Positions 18,883 to 27,722 of a DNA stretch of 64,000 nucleotides are shown one piece after another (the stretch's first letter is position 1; each line of letters starts with the position of its first letter). The stretch is from Myxococcota bacterium (lineage in GTDB: Bacteria > Myxococcota_A > UBA9160 > UBA4427). Under the pieces are notes generated by a model. It had not been told where the DNA came from. It did not search any database and worked only from the letters and a program-made list of their open reading frames with translations. Both the position numbers and the translations under genes were made by a program. The DNA lies in the NCBI GenBank assembly GCA_036336835.1, contig JAYZFK010000046.1, positions 1 to 64,000 of the forward strand, read 5' to 3'.

Positions 18883-19365
18883 GTGGCGAAGCTTCACATC
18901 GAAACCCGAATCAACGGCGAACCGACTGAGTTCCTGTGCGAGGGGCAGCAGAGCCTGCTCGACGCCCTGCGCAACGCACTCGGACTGACGGGCACCAAGG
19001 AGGGCTGCACCACGGGTGACTGCGGCGCCTGCTCGGTCATGCTCGACGGCCGGCTCGTGCCCAGCTGCCTGGTACTCGCTGCCGAGACGCAGGGGCGCAC
19101 GGTCGACACGATCGAGGGCGTCGCCAGCGGCGATCAGCTGGATCCGGTGCAGCAGAAATTCCTGGAGCACGCGGCACTGCAGTGCGGCGTGTGCACACCG
19201 GGGCTGATCGTGGCCACCCGCGCGCTGCTCGAGAAGAACCCGGACCCGACCGAGAAAGAGGCCCGCTTCTTCCTGGCGGGCAACCTCTGCCGTTGCACCG
19301 GCTACGACAAGATCATCCGCGCCGTGCTCGATGCGGCGGCGGAGCTACGAGGCGACGCCGCGTGA
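18883..19365 (+). CDS. Xanthine dehydrogenase family 2x[2Fe-2S] (small) subunit
   Basis: GTKEGCxxGxCGACxV…SC, QCGVCTPG, GNLCRCTGY. Confidence 0.93.
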   Translation: MAKLHIETRINGEPTEFLCEGQQSLLDALRNALGLTGTKEGCTTGDCGACSVMLDGRLVPSCLVLAAETQGRTVDTIEGVASGDQLDPVQQKFLEHAALQCGVCTPGLIVATRALLEKNPDPTEKEARFFLAGNLCRCTGYDKIIRAVLDAAAELRGDAA

Positions 19366-21617
19366 GCGAGCGCAAGTTCAAGTACGTCGGCACGCGACCG
19401 ATTCGCCACGACGGCGTCGAGAAGGTGACCGGGCGCGCCAACTACGGCGCGGACGTGGTGCTTCCCGGGATGCTGCAGGGTGCAATCGCGCGCAGCGAAC
19501 ACGCCCACGCAAGAATCCTGAGCATCGACACCAGCAAGGCCGAGGCACTCGAGGGCGTGAAGGCGGTGGTCACGGCAGCGGACTTCCCCGACATTCCCTG
19601 TGAGTGGAAGGGGGGTGCCGCGGGCGGTACCGACTTCGGCGAGCTCTCGCGCAACATCATGGCTCGCGACAAAGTGCTGTATCACGGACACGCGCTCGCT
19701 GCAGTCGCGGCGGTCAGTCCGGAGATCGCTCGCGAAGCCTGCAAACGCATCGAGGTCAACTACGAGGTCCTCGAACCGGTGATGAGCCTCGACGCCGCTC
19801 TGGCACCGGGGGCACCGATTCTGCATCCGGACCAGGAGCCTATGGGCATCGAGAGCGAGGGCCCGACCAACGTCACGAATCGGCTCGCCTTCGAGGGCGG
19901 CGACCTCGACGCGGGCTTCGCCGATGCCGACGTCGTGATCGAGCGCGAGTTCACGACGCCGATGGTCCACCAGGGCTACATCGAACCTCACGCATGCACG
20001 GTGCGCTTCAACGAGGACGGCAAGTACTCGATCTGGTGCTCGACCCAGGGGCCGTTCAGCGTACAGATGTCTTCGGCGATCGTGCTCGCGATCGAGCCCA
20101 ACCTGGTGAAGTGCACGCCGACCGAGATCGGCGGCGGGTTCGGCGGCAAGACGACGATCTACCTCGAGCCGGTCGCCATGCTGCTGGCACGCAAATCGGG
20201 GCGCCCCGTGCGCATCGTAATGTCGCGCGAAGAGGTGTTCCGGGCCAGTGGCCCGACCTCGGGCGGCCGCGTCCGGATGAAGCTCGGCGCGAAGCGCGAC
20301 GGCCGTTTCGTCGCCGGCGATTGCGAGATCTGGCTCGAGGCGGGCGCCTTTCGCGGCTCGCCGGCTGGCGCCGCGGCGATGACGGGGCTCTCCTCGTACA
20401 CGTTCCCGAATTTCCGAATTCAAGGCTACGACGTCGTCGTGAACAAGCCCAAGGTCGCCGCCTACCGCGCGCCGGGTGCGCCGATCTCGAACTTCGCAGT
20501 CGAGTCGTGCGTCGACGAGATGGCGCGCGAGCTCAGGATCGACCCGATCGAGCTTCGGCTCCGCAACGCGGTGCAGGAGGGCGATCGCGCGCCCTATGGC
20601 CCGACCTTCAAGGCGATCGGCCTGCGCGACACACTGGAGCAGGCAAGGAACCACCCCCACTACAAGACGCCACTCGGCGAGAGCCAGGGGCGCGGTGTCG
20701 CCTGCGGCTTCTGGTTCAACGCCGGCATGCAGTCGAGCGCGATCGTGAGCGTAAACACCGATGGCTCGGCAGTCGTGCGCACCGGCAACCCGGACATCGG
20801 CGGCTCGCGTGTCTCGCTGGCCATGATGGCCGCCGAAGAGCTCGGCATCCCGGTCGAGCGCGTGCGACCCGTTGTCGGCGATACCGAAAGCGTGGGCTAC
20901 ACCGATCTGACGGGAGGCAGCCGCGTCACCTTCGCCACGGGCATGGCGGTGATCGAAGCCGCCCAGGATGCCGTCCAGCAGCTGCGCGAACGCGCTGCCA
21001 AGATCTGGGGTGTCGACGCCAAGGACGTCAAGTGGGAGGACGGCATTGCGCACGGCTGCAACGGAGCCGCCGACCAGGACCCGATGCCGCTAAAGGTGCT
21101 CGCGCCGAAGCTGGGCGCGACGGGCGGCCCGGTGGTCGGCCGCGCCCAGGTGAACCCGGCCGCGGCGGGCCCGGGCTTCGCGACCCACATTTGCGACATC
21201 GAGGTGGACCCGGAGACGGGTCGCAGCCAGGTCATTCGCTACACCACGATCCAGGACGCCGGCAAGGCCGTGCACCCGAGCTACGTCGAAGGACAGATGC
21301 AGGGCGGCGCCGTGCAGGGCATCGGCTGGGCGCTCAACGAGGAGTACCTCTGGGACGACGACGGAGTGATCGAGAACCCGGGCTTCCTCGACTACCGCAT
21401 GCCCGTGGCTTCCGACGTGCCGATGATCGACACGGTGATCGTCGAGGTGCCGAACCCGACCCACCCCTATGGCGTCCGCGGCGTTGGCGAGACGCCCATC
21501 GTGCCACCGCTGGCGGCGGTCGCGAACGCAATGCGCGCCGCGACGGGCGTGCGGTTCGAGCAGCTGCCGATGTCGCCGCCGCGTGTTCTCGAGGCGATCG
21601 ACCGCAACGGAAGATAG
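19362..21617 (+). CDS. Xanthine dehydrogenase family molybdopterin-binding (large) subunit
   Basis: KVTGRANY, YIEPH, GGGFGGK, AYRAPG, GGSR, EGQMQGGAVQGIG, GVGE; GTGA overlap with the small subunit gene. Confidence 0.93.
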   Translation: MSERKFKYVGTRPIRHDGVEKVTGRANYGADVVLPGMLQGAIARSEHAHARILSIDTSKAEALEGVKAVVTAADFPDIPCEWKGGAAGGTDFGELSRNIMARDKVLYHGHALAAVAAVSPEIAREACKRIEVNYEVLEPVMSLDAALAPGAPILHPDQEPMGIESEGPTNVTNRLAFEGGDLDAGFADADVVIEREFTTPMVHQGYIEPHACTVRFNEDGKYSIWCSTQGPFSVQMSSAIVLAIEPNLVKCTPTEIGGGFGGKTTIYLEPVAMLLARKSGRPVRIVMSREEVFRASGPTSGGRVRMKLGAKRDGRFVAGDCEIWLEAGAFRGSPAGAAAMTGLSSYTFPNFRIQGYDVVVNKPKVAAYRAPGAPISNFAVESCVDEMARELRIDPIELRLRNAVQEGDRAPYGPTFKAIGLRDTLEQARNHPHYKTPLGESQGRGVACGFWFNAGMQSSAIVSVNTDGSAVVRTGNPDIGGSRVSLAMMAAEELGIPVERVRPVVGDTESVGYTDLTGGSRVTFATGMAVIEAAQDAVQQLRERAAKIWGVDAKDVKWEDGIAHGCNGAADQDPMPLKVLAPKLGATGGPVVGRAQVNPAAAGPGFATHICDIEVDPETGRSQVIRYTTIQDAGKAVHPSYVEGQMQGGAVQGIGWALNEEYLWDDDGVIENPGFLDYRMPVASDVPMIDTVIVEVPNPTHPYGVRGVGETPIVPPLAAVANAMRAATGVRFEQLPMSPPRVLEAIDRNGR

Positions 21618-21623
21618 TCGCAC

Positions 21624-21869
21624 GTGGCCCGCGTGGTATTCTCGAGCACTCAGCGTGCCCTGGTCGACGGTGCCGAATCAGTCGAGCTCGAGGCGCGGCG
21701 CGTCGTCGACTTGATCGAGGCGCTGTACGCGCTCTATCCGAAGCTCGCGGGCCAGCTCGACCACGCCGCCGTCGCAATCGACGGCGACATCTACAACGAA
21801 GGGCGCTTCCAGCCGCTCGAGCCGACGAGCGAGGTCCACTTCATGGGCCAGGTCTCGGGCGGACGGTGA
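21624..21869 (+). CDS. MoaD/ThiS-family ubiquitin-like sulfur carrier
   Basis: 81 aa, beta-grasp pattern (VAIDG…L…EVHF), ends VSGGR. Confidence 0.75.
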   Translation: MARVVFSSTQRALVDGAESVELEARRVVDLIEALYALYPKLAGQLDHAAVAIDGDIYNEGRFQPLEPTSEVHFMGQVSGGR

Positions 21870-22174
21870 GCGCACTCGAGCACGCGCGCGACTGGTCGGC
21901 CACAGGCCGCGGCGTCGCACTCGCCACGGTCATCGAGACCTGGGGCAGCTCGCCCTGTCCGGCCGGTAGCCAGCTCGCGGTGGCCGACGACGGCCGGTTC
22001 GAAGGCTCGGTGTCCGGCGGCTGCGTCGAGGGCGCCGTGATCGAGCGCGCCGGCGTGGTGATCACGACCGGCGCGTCCGAGCTGCTGGAGTTCCATGTCG
22101 CGGACGAGAGCGCATGGGACGTCGGCCTCGCCTGTGGCGGTCGGGTGCGCATCTACCTGGAGCGCGTGGAGTGA
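21866..22174 (+). CDS. xdhC: XdhC/CoxI family protein, N-terminal module
   Basis: ALATVIETWGSSP, GSVSGGCVE, AWDVGLACGG; C-terminal end of the long ORF-track entry. Confidence 0.85.
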   Translation: MSALEHARDWSATGRGVALATVIETWGSSPCPAGSQLAVADDGRFEGSVSGGCVEGAVIERAGVVITTGASELLEFHVADESAWDVGLACGGRVRIYLERVE

Positions 22175-22857
22175 AGCTCGCGTTGATCGAGCAGCTGCTG
22201 GCCGATCGCGAGGCTCGGCGCGGGGTCGTGCTTCTGCGCTGGCTCGAAAGCAATCGGCAGGAGCTCGTCCACGATGCCTCGGTGCTCGAGGACGTGGAGC
22301 TTCGCGAGGCAGTCGCCGCCGCCTTCGCCAGCGACCGAGCGCGCACGCTCGCGAGTGCGGAAGGCGACGTCTTCGTCCAGCCCTTCAACCCGCCGTTGCG
22401 AATGGCGATCGTCGGCGCCGTGCACATCGCACAGCAGCTCGTCCCGATGGCGCGGGGGGTGGGCTACTCGGTCACGGTGATCGACCCACGCTCGGCGTTC
22501 GCAACCGCCGAACGCTTTCCCGACACGCGGCTCTCCCACGATTGGCCCGACCAGGCATTGGCAGCGCTCGACCTCGACGCGCGCACCGCTGTCGTCACGC
22601 TCAGCCACGACCCCAAGCTCGACGATCCGGCGTTGACCGCGGCCCTCGGCTCCGACGCGTTCTACATTGGATCGCTCGGCAGCCGGGCCAACCACGCACG
22701 TCGCCTCGATCGACTGCGCGAGCACGGCTTCGACGAAGCGGCGCGCGCGCGCATCCACGGCCCGGTGGGCCTCGATATCGGTGCGCGCTCCCCGGCCGAG
22801 ATCGCGGTGTCGATCCTCGCCGAGGTCACCGCAGCGCTACGGATGCGGCCCTCGTGA
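22171..22857 (+). CDS. xdhC: XdhC family protein, C-terminal Rossmann module
   Basis: IVGAVHIAQ, IDPR, HDPKLDD, YIGSLGSR, IHGPVGLDIGARSPAEIAVSILAE. Confidence 0.88.
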   Translation: MKLALIEQLLADREARRGVVLLRWLESNRQELVHDASVLEDVELREAVAAAFASDRARTLASAEGDVFVQPFNPPLRMAIVGAVHIAQQLVPMARGVGYSVTVIDPRSAFATAERFPDTRLSHDWPDQALAALDLDARTAVVTLSHDPKLDDPALTAALGSDAFYIGSLGSRANHARRLDRLREHGFDEAARARIHGPVGLDIGARSPAEIAVSILAEVTAALRMRPS

Positions 22858-23447
22858 GACCGCGCATCGCGGCGATCGTACTGGCCGCGGGGTCATCTCG
22901 ACGCTTCGGACCCGACAACAAGCTGCTGGAGCCGGTAGACGGCTCGCCCCTCGTGACGCACGCGGTCGACGCGGTGCTCGGGGCCAACGCCGACCCGGTC
23001 GTCATCGTCACCGGATACGACGCCGAGGCAGTCCAGCGCGCGCTGGGTGATCGGACCGTCTCTTTCATCCACAACAGACTCCACGACCAGGGTATGGGCA
23101 GCTCGCTCGCGGTCGGAGCGCGCGCGGCGCCCGGCACAGTCGATGGGGTGCTGATCGCGCTGGGCGATATGTCCGAGATCCGGCCGGAGCACGCCTGCGA
23201 CGTGGTGAATGCGTTCGATCCGGCTCGCGCCGATACGATCTGCGTGCCCGTATTCGAGGGCCGACGAGGTCACCCCGTGCTGTTTGGCTCGGGGCATCTC
23301 GCGGCGCTCCGCACGCTCGAGGGCGACATCGGAGCGCGTTCGATCCTCGAAGCGAACCCGGACGCCGTACTCGAGGTTCCGGCGCGCGACGAGGGCGTGC
23401 TGCGAGACATTGACACCACGGCCGACCTGCAGCTTGGACGTCGCTGA
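22854..23447 (+). CDS. mocA: Molybdenum cofactor cytidylyltransferase
   Basis: IVLAAGSSRRFG…NKLL, GMGSSL, LGDM, RGHPVLF, GDIGAR, DIDT; within the XDH operon. Confidence 0.82.
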   Translation: MRPRIAAIVLAAGSSRRFGPDNKLLEPVDGSPLVTHAVDAVLGANADPVVIVTGYDAEAVQRALGDRTVSFIHNRLHDQGMGSSLAVGARAAPGTVDGVLIALGDMSEIRPEHACDVVNAFDPARADTICVPVFEGRRGHPVLFGSGHLAALRTLEGDIGARSILEANPDAVLEVPARDEGVLRDIDTTADLQLGRR

Positions 23448-23530
23448 GCTGCTGCCGATGAGCTGCACTGGCCCTGCGCGAGACCTGCCGATTGCGTCAC
23501 CTCGGGTGTCGTTTCCGCGACCTAGCTTCA

Positions 23531-24643
23531 ATGGAAGCCGTGCAAAGACAGCCCGATGAGAACTCGATTTCCTTGCGGCTGGACGCCGAGCCCAGGCAGC
23601 GCGCGAAACAGCCGCTGTGGCTGCGGCTGCAGACATGGCTGGCCCCTACGGTCATCCCGATCCTGAATTCACCACTCCACCCGCTGCTCAGCCACAAGCT
23701 GATGCTCGTCACGGTGAAGGGACGACGGACCGACACCATCTACACGTTTCCGGTGGTCTACCTCGAGCTGGACGCGCTGGCCATCGCACTGGTCCCGAAC
23801 GCGCTCGGCCGCGGCTGGTGGCGCAACTTCATCGAGCCCGCGTACGCATCGATCACGATTCGCGGCGCGCGCACCCCGGCACAGGGCTTCGCACCCGAAA
23901 CGGGCTCTCCAGAGTTCGCCATGGCCGCCGAGCACGTACTGCGCCGGAGGCGAGCGATGCGCCGGTTCTTCCGGGTCAAGCTGGACGAAGACAAGAAGCT
24001 CGCTGCCGAGCAGATCGAGAAGCTCGCCAAACACGCACGCATCGTCATCTTCGACCGCCTGCCGGCCAGCGCGGGGAGCCAAACCCGGATCGAGCGCGAC
24101 ACCTCCACGTTGGCTCCCCAGCTCGAGAAAGGGGCGGACCCGGAAGAGCAGAAGACCACGACCGAATTCGCCGCCCGCAGAATCGTCGATCTGATCGGAC
24201 CGGTACTCGCCGAACTCGAAGAAGAAGCGCGACCGGTCGCCCTGGCACTAGCCGAGCGCGTCGCAGCCGAGCGCTATCGGTTGTGGGCAAAGGAGATTCG
24301 CGACCCTGCGATGCGGAAGACCCTGGAGCAGTGCTCGCTCCGTGAGGATAACATCGCGGCGCGCATCGAAGCGACCGTCGCGGGCGCACTGGAGATCCAG
24401 CAGTCGATCGCGCAGTCACATCCGTCGCTCGCGGCGGAGTATTTGGGGCTGTTCGACGGAATGTCCCTGCGGAGCCAGTTCGCCTTCCAGGCAGGCCTTC
24501 AGCGCGCGACGGCCACGACCTGGCGCATGCTGGCCGATACCGGCGCGCCGTCAATCCGCAGCATCCTACTCGAGTGCTCGGCGCTCTCGTCCGCGACCAC
24601 ATCCACCCTCGACACCATCGTCGAGCAGCTCCGCGGCGAGTAG
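23531..24643 (+). CDS. Hypothetical two-domain protein: deazaflavin-dependent nitroreductase-like N-domain + ferritin-like helical C-domain
   Basis: LNSPLH…LMLVTVKGRRT…FPVVY…WWRNF (split-barrel pattern), then helical LAERVAAERYRLWA…RED segment. Confidence 0.55.
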   Translation: MEAVQRQPDENSISLRLDAEPRQRAKQPLWLRLQTWLAPTVIPILNSPLHPLLSHKLMLVTVKGRRTDTIYTFPVVYLELDALAIALVPNALGRGWWRNFIEPAYASITIRGARTPAQGFAPETGSPEFAMAAEHVLRRRRAMRRFFRVKLDEDKKLAAEQIEKLAKHARIVIFDRLPASAGSQTRIERDTSTLAPQLEKGADPEEQKTTTEFAARRIVDLIGPVLAELEEEARPVALALAERVAAERYRLWAKEIRDPAMRKTLEQCSLREDNIAARIEATVAGALEIQQSIAQSHPSLAAEYLGLFDGMSLRSQFAFQAGLQRATATTWRMLADTGAPSIRSILLECSALSSATTSTLDTIVEQLRGE

Positions 24644-24648
24644 GGCGA

Positions 24649-25539
24649 TCAATCCGGAGTCGAGAGGCTCCGGTAGGTGATTCGGACAATGTGTTCGGGC
24701 TTCATGAAGCCGGTGGTCCACTGGAGATCGAGGTCCCGCGTCGGCCGGGCTGCGACGGTCTGGTCGACGGTGTGACCCGCGCCGACGTGCTGCTGGACGG
24801 CCAGACGAACGGCGATCAGCATGTCCCGATACGCAGCGAGTTCGCTTCGGTTGGAGAGCGGGCCGTGGCCCGGAATCACTCGGGTGTCGTCATTGGCGAG
24901 CGCGACGCCCCGCTCGGCTGCCGCGATCATGCCCTGGATCGAGCCACCGCCGTCGACATCGATGTAGGGGTACATGCCGGCGAAGTAGGTGTCGCCCATG
25001 TGCATGACATTCGAGTTCTCGAAGAACAGGATCGAGTCGCCATCGGTGTGCGCATTCGGCGCGTGGTAGGCGCGGATCGTGTGCCCGTTCAGGTGGAATG
25101 CCACTCCCTCCTCGTACGTCACGATGGGCAGAGCCGCGTCCGGTGACTGGGGCATCGTCGTCCCCCGGAGCGCGTTGTGCTGGGGCCTGCTCATCCGCTC
25201 GCGCACGTTGCGGTGGGCGACCACGACCGCGCCCGCCCTGCCGAGGGGCTCGTTCCCGCCGGTGTGATCGCCGTGATAGTGCGTGTTGAGCACGAACCGG
25301 ATGGGACCGCCCCCGAACGCCTCGACTGCGGCCTGGATCTTCGGGGTGAGCGGCGCAAATTGATCATCGATCAGGAAGCTTCCATCCTCGCCGACCGAGA
25401 GTCCGAGATTTCCCCCCCGCCCGACGAGCATCGCGAGCCCCGCGCCGAGATCGATCGTCTCGATCTCCACGGCGTCGAAGTCCTGCGCGGCGGACGACGA
25501 CGCGATCGACAGCACGAGCACGATGCTCGGAATCCGCAT
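24649..25539 (-). CDS. Secreted metallo-beta-lactamase-fold hydrolase (cyclase/glyoxalase II-like)
   Basis: Signal peptide; NTHYHGDHTGGN, AHTDGD, HMGD, IPGHG. Confidence 0.88.
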   Translation of the reverse strand: MRIPSIVLVLSIASSSAAQDFDAVEIETIDLGAGLAMLVGRGGNLGLSVGEDGSFLIDDQFAPLTPKIQAAVEAFGGGPIRFVLNTHYHGDHTGGNEPLGRAGAVVVAHRNVRERMSRPQHNALRGTTMPQSPDAALPIVTYEEGVAFHLNGHTIRAYHAPNAHTDGDSILFFENSNVMHMGDTYFAGMYPYIDVDGGGSIQGMIAAAERGVALANDDTRVIPGHGPLSNRSELAAYRDMLIAVRLAVQQHVGAGHTVDQTVAARPTRDLDLQWTTGFMKPEHIVRITYRSLSTPD

Positions 25540-25607
25540 TGCACTCCCTCCCCGGGATCCGCCCCTTGCCCTCACCCGATGTGCAGTGTACCTCCCAGCG
25601 AATCACC

Positions 25608-25880
25608 ATGGTCGATGACCCCCGAGACGATTACTCGCGAACCCTCGGCGTGATCGAGGCGATCACCATCGTCACCCGGCAATGTCCGAGCGGCGCGGTC
25701 CGCGCCTGCGCCGAGCGCTCACTCGAGGCGATCAAGGCCGGTGGGCCGGATGCGCTCCGCGAGCAGGCCTACCTGATCCTCACTGCCATTCAGGGCTGGC
25801 GCGGCAACCGGGCGATGCAGGTCCACGCATCGCTCGGTGCCTTCCTCGGAACGTCGCGATCAGACGAAGGGGGGGACTGA
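25608..25880 (+). CDS. Small hypothetical helical protein (90 aa)
   Basis: Fills the gap between genes; plausible composition (LREQAYLILTAIQGWRG). Confidence 0.55.
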   Translation: MVDDPRDDYSRTLGVIEAITIVTRQCPSGAVRACAERSLEAIKAGGPDALREQAYLILTAIQGWRGNRAMQVHASLGAFLGTSRSDEGGD

Positions 25881-25925
25881 TCCGCCACGCCGTTCGTGCT
25901 ATCTAGCCCCCCTTCCGGGGGGTAC

Positions 25926-27077
25926 ATGAGTCTCGATCGAGAAGTCACGCGGGTGGTGCGGTCTCGCACCGCACTCGACTCGCTGATCACGGCCATCGAA
26001 GGCGGCCATCAGCCGCGCCCCGATTGGATCCACCTCCAGGCAGACGCACGGCTCGACCAAGTCGACATCGACGACTGCCCCCCGCTGCTGACGCGGCTGC
26101 ACCGCGCAGTGAGGCGCGGCTTCCGCACGGCTCCTCTGCCGAGCGGTGACCCGGACGAGTTTCTCGACGCCTGGCGCGTCATCGCGCGTCACGGCTTCCA
26201 CGACTTCGGCGATCAAGGCTGGTCCAAGTGCTACGACTCGCCCTTCGTCGAGGACTACGACTATCTCGGGCCCTACCTGGAGAAAGGCCTCGACGGGCTC
26301 GACGCCTATGCCGTTTACGGCGCCGTCCTCGGCAGTCACGATTACGGCGTCGAGGACTTTCTGCGGACGGATCGCTGCCGGGACGTCCGCACCTTGATCG
26401 AGCCGATGGCGGGTACGGCCGAGTTCGCCTACCAGGGTCACTTCCAGTTCCCGGACTTTCGATACCTGATGATCGACCTCGACAGCCAGGCCCGCGACCG
26501 CGTAGTCGCGCGGCGCTGGCTCGCCGACACCGAGCGCCACTACTTCGTCTCTGACGTACTCGACGAAGAAGTCTGGAAGCAGGCCAAGGCCACGAGCAGC
26601 GGGCCGGCGCTCGCCTTCGTCGGCAAGCAGAGCCACCACCTCTTCGACACGGCTCAGCTCTGCCGCCTTCTCGAGCTCGGCACCTTGTACGCCGACTCGT
26701 TGGTGCTCGAGACGCCGGCGATGGCGCTCGTGAGCGAAATGGAGAGCCAAGAGGAGATGACGCGACCCGAGATGGAGGCCGCCGGCCTGCGGGTCGGGCT
26801 CGTCGACGAAGCGGACACCTCGCCCCACCCGTTCACGAATCGTATCTCCTTCCAGCTGGAAGCATGGGATGACAGCGGACGGCGCACGCTGTTCCACTAC
26901 CCTCGCTGGACGGTGTGGTCGCAACCGACGCTCGTCTCGCTCGCCGAGCTGCACGGACTCAACTCATACTTCTATCACTCGGAACTGGACGAGTTCGTCC
27001 CTGTCGCGCACGACGCGACTGACAGCGACTGTCACGAGAACGTGACGTTCATGCTCTTCTCACGCGACGCGCGCTAG
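25926..27077 (+). CDS. Hypothetical protein, probable class I SAM-dependent methyltransferase fold
   Basis: IEPMAGTAE motif-I-like loop followed by YLMIDLD acidic strand and VSDV; non-random composition. Confidence 0.55.
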   Translation: MSLDREVTRVVRSRTALDSLITAIEGGHQPRPDWIHLQADARLDQVDIDDCPPLLTRLHRAVRRGFRTAPLPSGDPDEFLDAWRVIARHGFHDFGDQGWSKCYDSPFVEDYDYLGPYLEKGLDGLDAYAVYGAVLGSHDYGVEDFLRTDRCRDVRTLIEPMAGTAEFAYQGHFQFPDFRYLMIDLDSQARDRVVARRWLADTERHYFVSDVLDEEVWKQAKATSSGPALAFVGKQSHHLFDTAQLCRLLELGTLYADSLVLETPAMALVSEMESQEEMTRPEMEAAGLRVGLVDEADTSPHPFTNRISFQLEAWDDSGRRTLFHYPRWTVWSQPTLVSLAELHGLNSYFYHSELDEFVPVAHDATDSDCHENVTFMLFSRDAR

Positions 27078-27095
27078 CGGACTACCCGGGGGCGC

Positions 27096-27722
27096 TCAGG
27101 CGGGCGCACCGTCCGCACGCTCGGCTGCCAGATGCTCGGTACAGCCAATCCGCTCGACGCGCCAGGGCGGCGTCGCCCCGGTGATCGTGACCGACGTGTT
27201 CGCGAACGCGAGCCCGCTCACCGCCTTGCCGCTCAGCAGATCGCCTGCACCGAGACAACGCTCTACGAAGGCGCGACACACGAGCCCGTGGGTCACCACT
27301 GCGAGATCGCCGGCAGACCGCTCGGCGGCCGTCGACACCACGGCCCACGCGCGCTCGATGCGGGCGTGGAAGTCCTGCCAGCTCTCCCCGCCCGGCGGCG
27401 TGTAGCCCTCACGGAAGGGATCGCCCGCCACCTCGGAGTACGGTGTCCCGCGCAGGTCGCCAAAGTTGCGTTCCTGCAGCAGCGGCTCGAACTCGAGTGT
27501 CGAGCCCACCTCGTCGGCGACGGCGCGCGCCGTCTGGGCAGCCCGCTCGTAGTCGCTCGCGATCACGCGTTCGATCGGCTCGGCACAGAGGCGACTCGCC
27601 AGCGCACGCGCCTGGGCGAGTCCGCGGTCGCTCAGCGGCGTCTCGGGCTGCTGGAAGATTCGCGCCGCATTCGACGGCGTCTCGCCGTGACGGATCAGGA
27701 AGATCCGTCGAGGAATGCTCAC
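27096..27722 (-). CDS. Histidine phosphatase (PGM/CobC-like) family protein
   Basis: IRHGET, LSDRG, RAAQTA, ERNFG, GGES, VTHG, NTS. Confidence 0.9.
   Translation of the reverse strand: MSIPRRIFLIRHGETPSNAARIFQQPETPLSDRGLAQARALASRLCAEPIERVIASDYERAAQTARAVADEVGSTLEFEPLLQERNFGDLRGTPYSEVAGDPFREGYTPPGGESWQDFHARIERAWAVVSTAAERSAGDLAVVTHGLVCRAFVERCLGAGDLLSGKAVSGLAFANTSVTITGATPPWRVERIGCTEHLAAERADGAPA

Noticed and set aside
19362..21617. Aerobic CO dehydrogenase CoxL
   Set aside because: The active-site loop AYRAPG lacks the Cu-binding AYxCSFR motif.
21866..22857. Frameshifted xdhC pseudogene
   Set aside because: Both halves have their own start with a GTGA overlap and intact motifs; two-gene XdhC arrangements are known.
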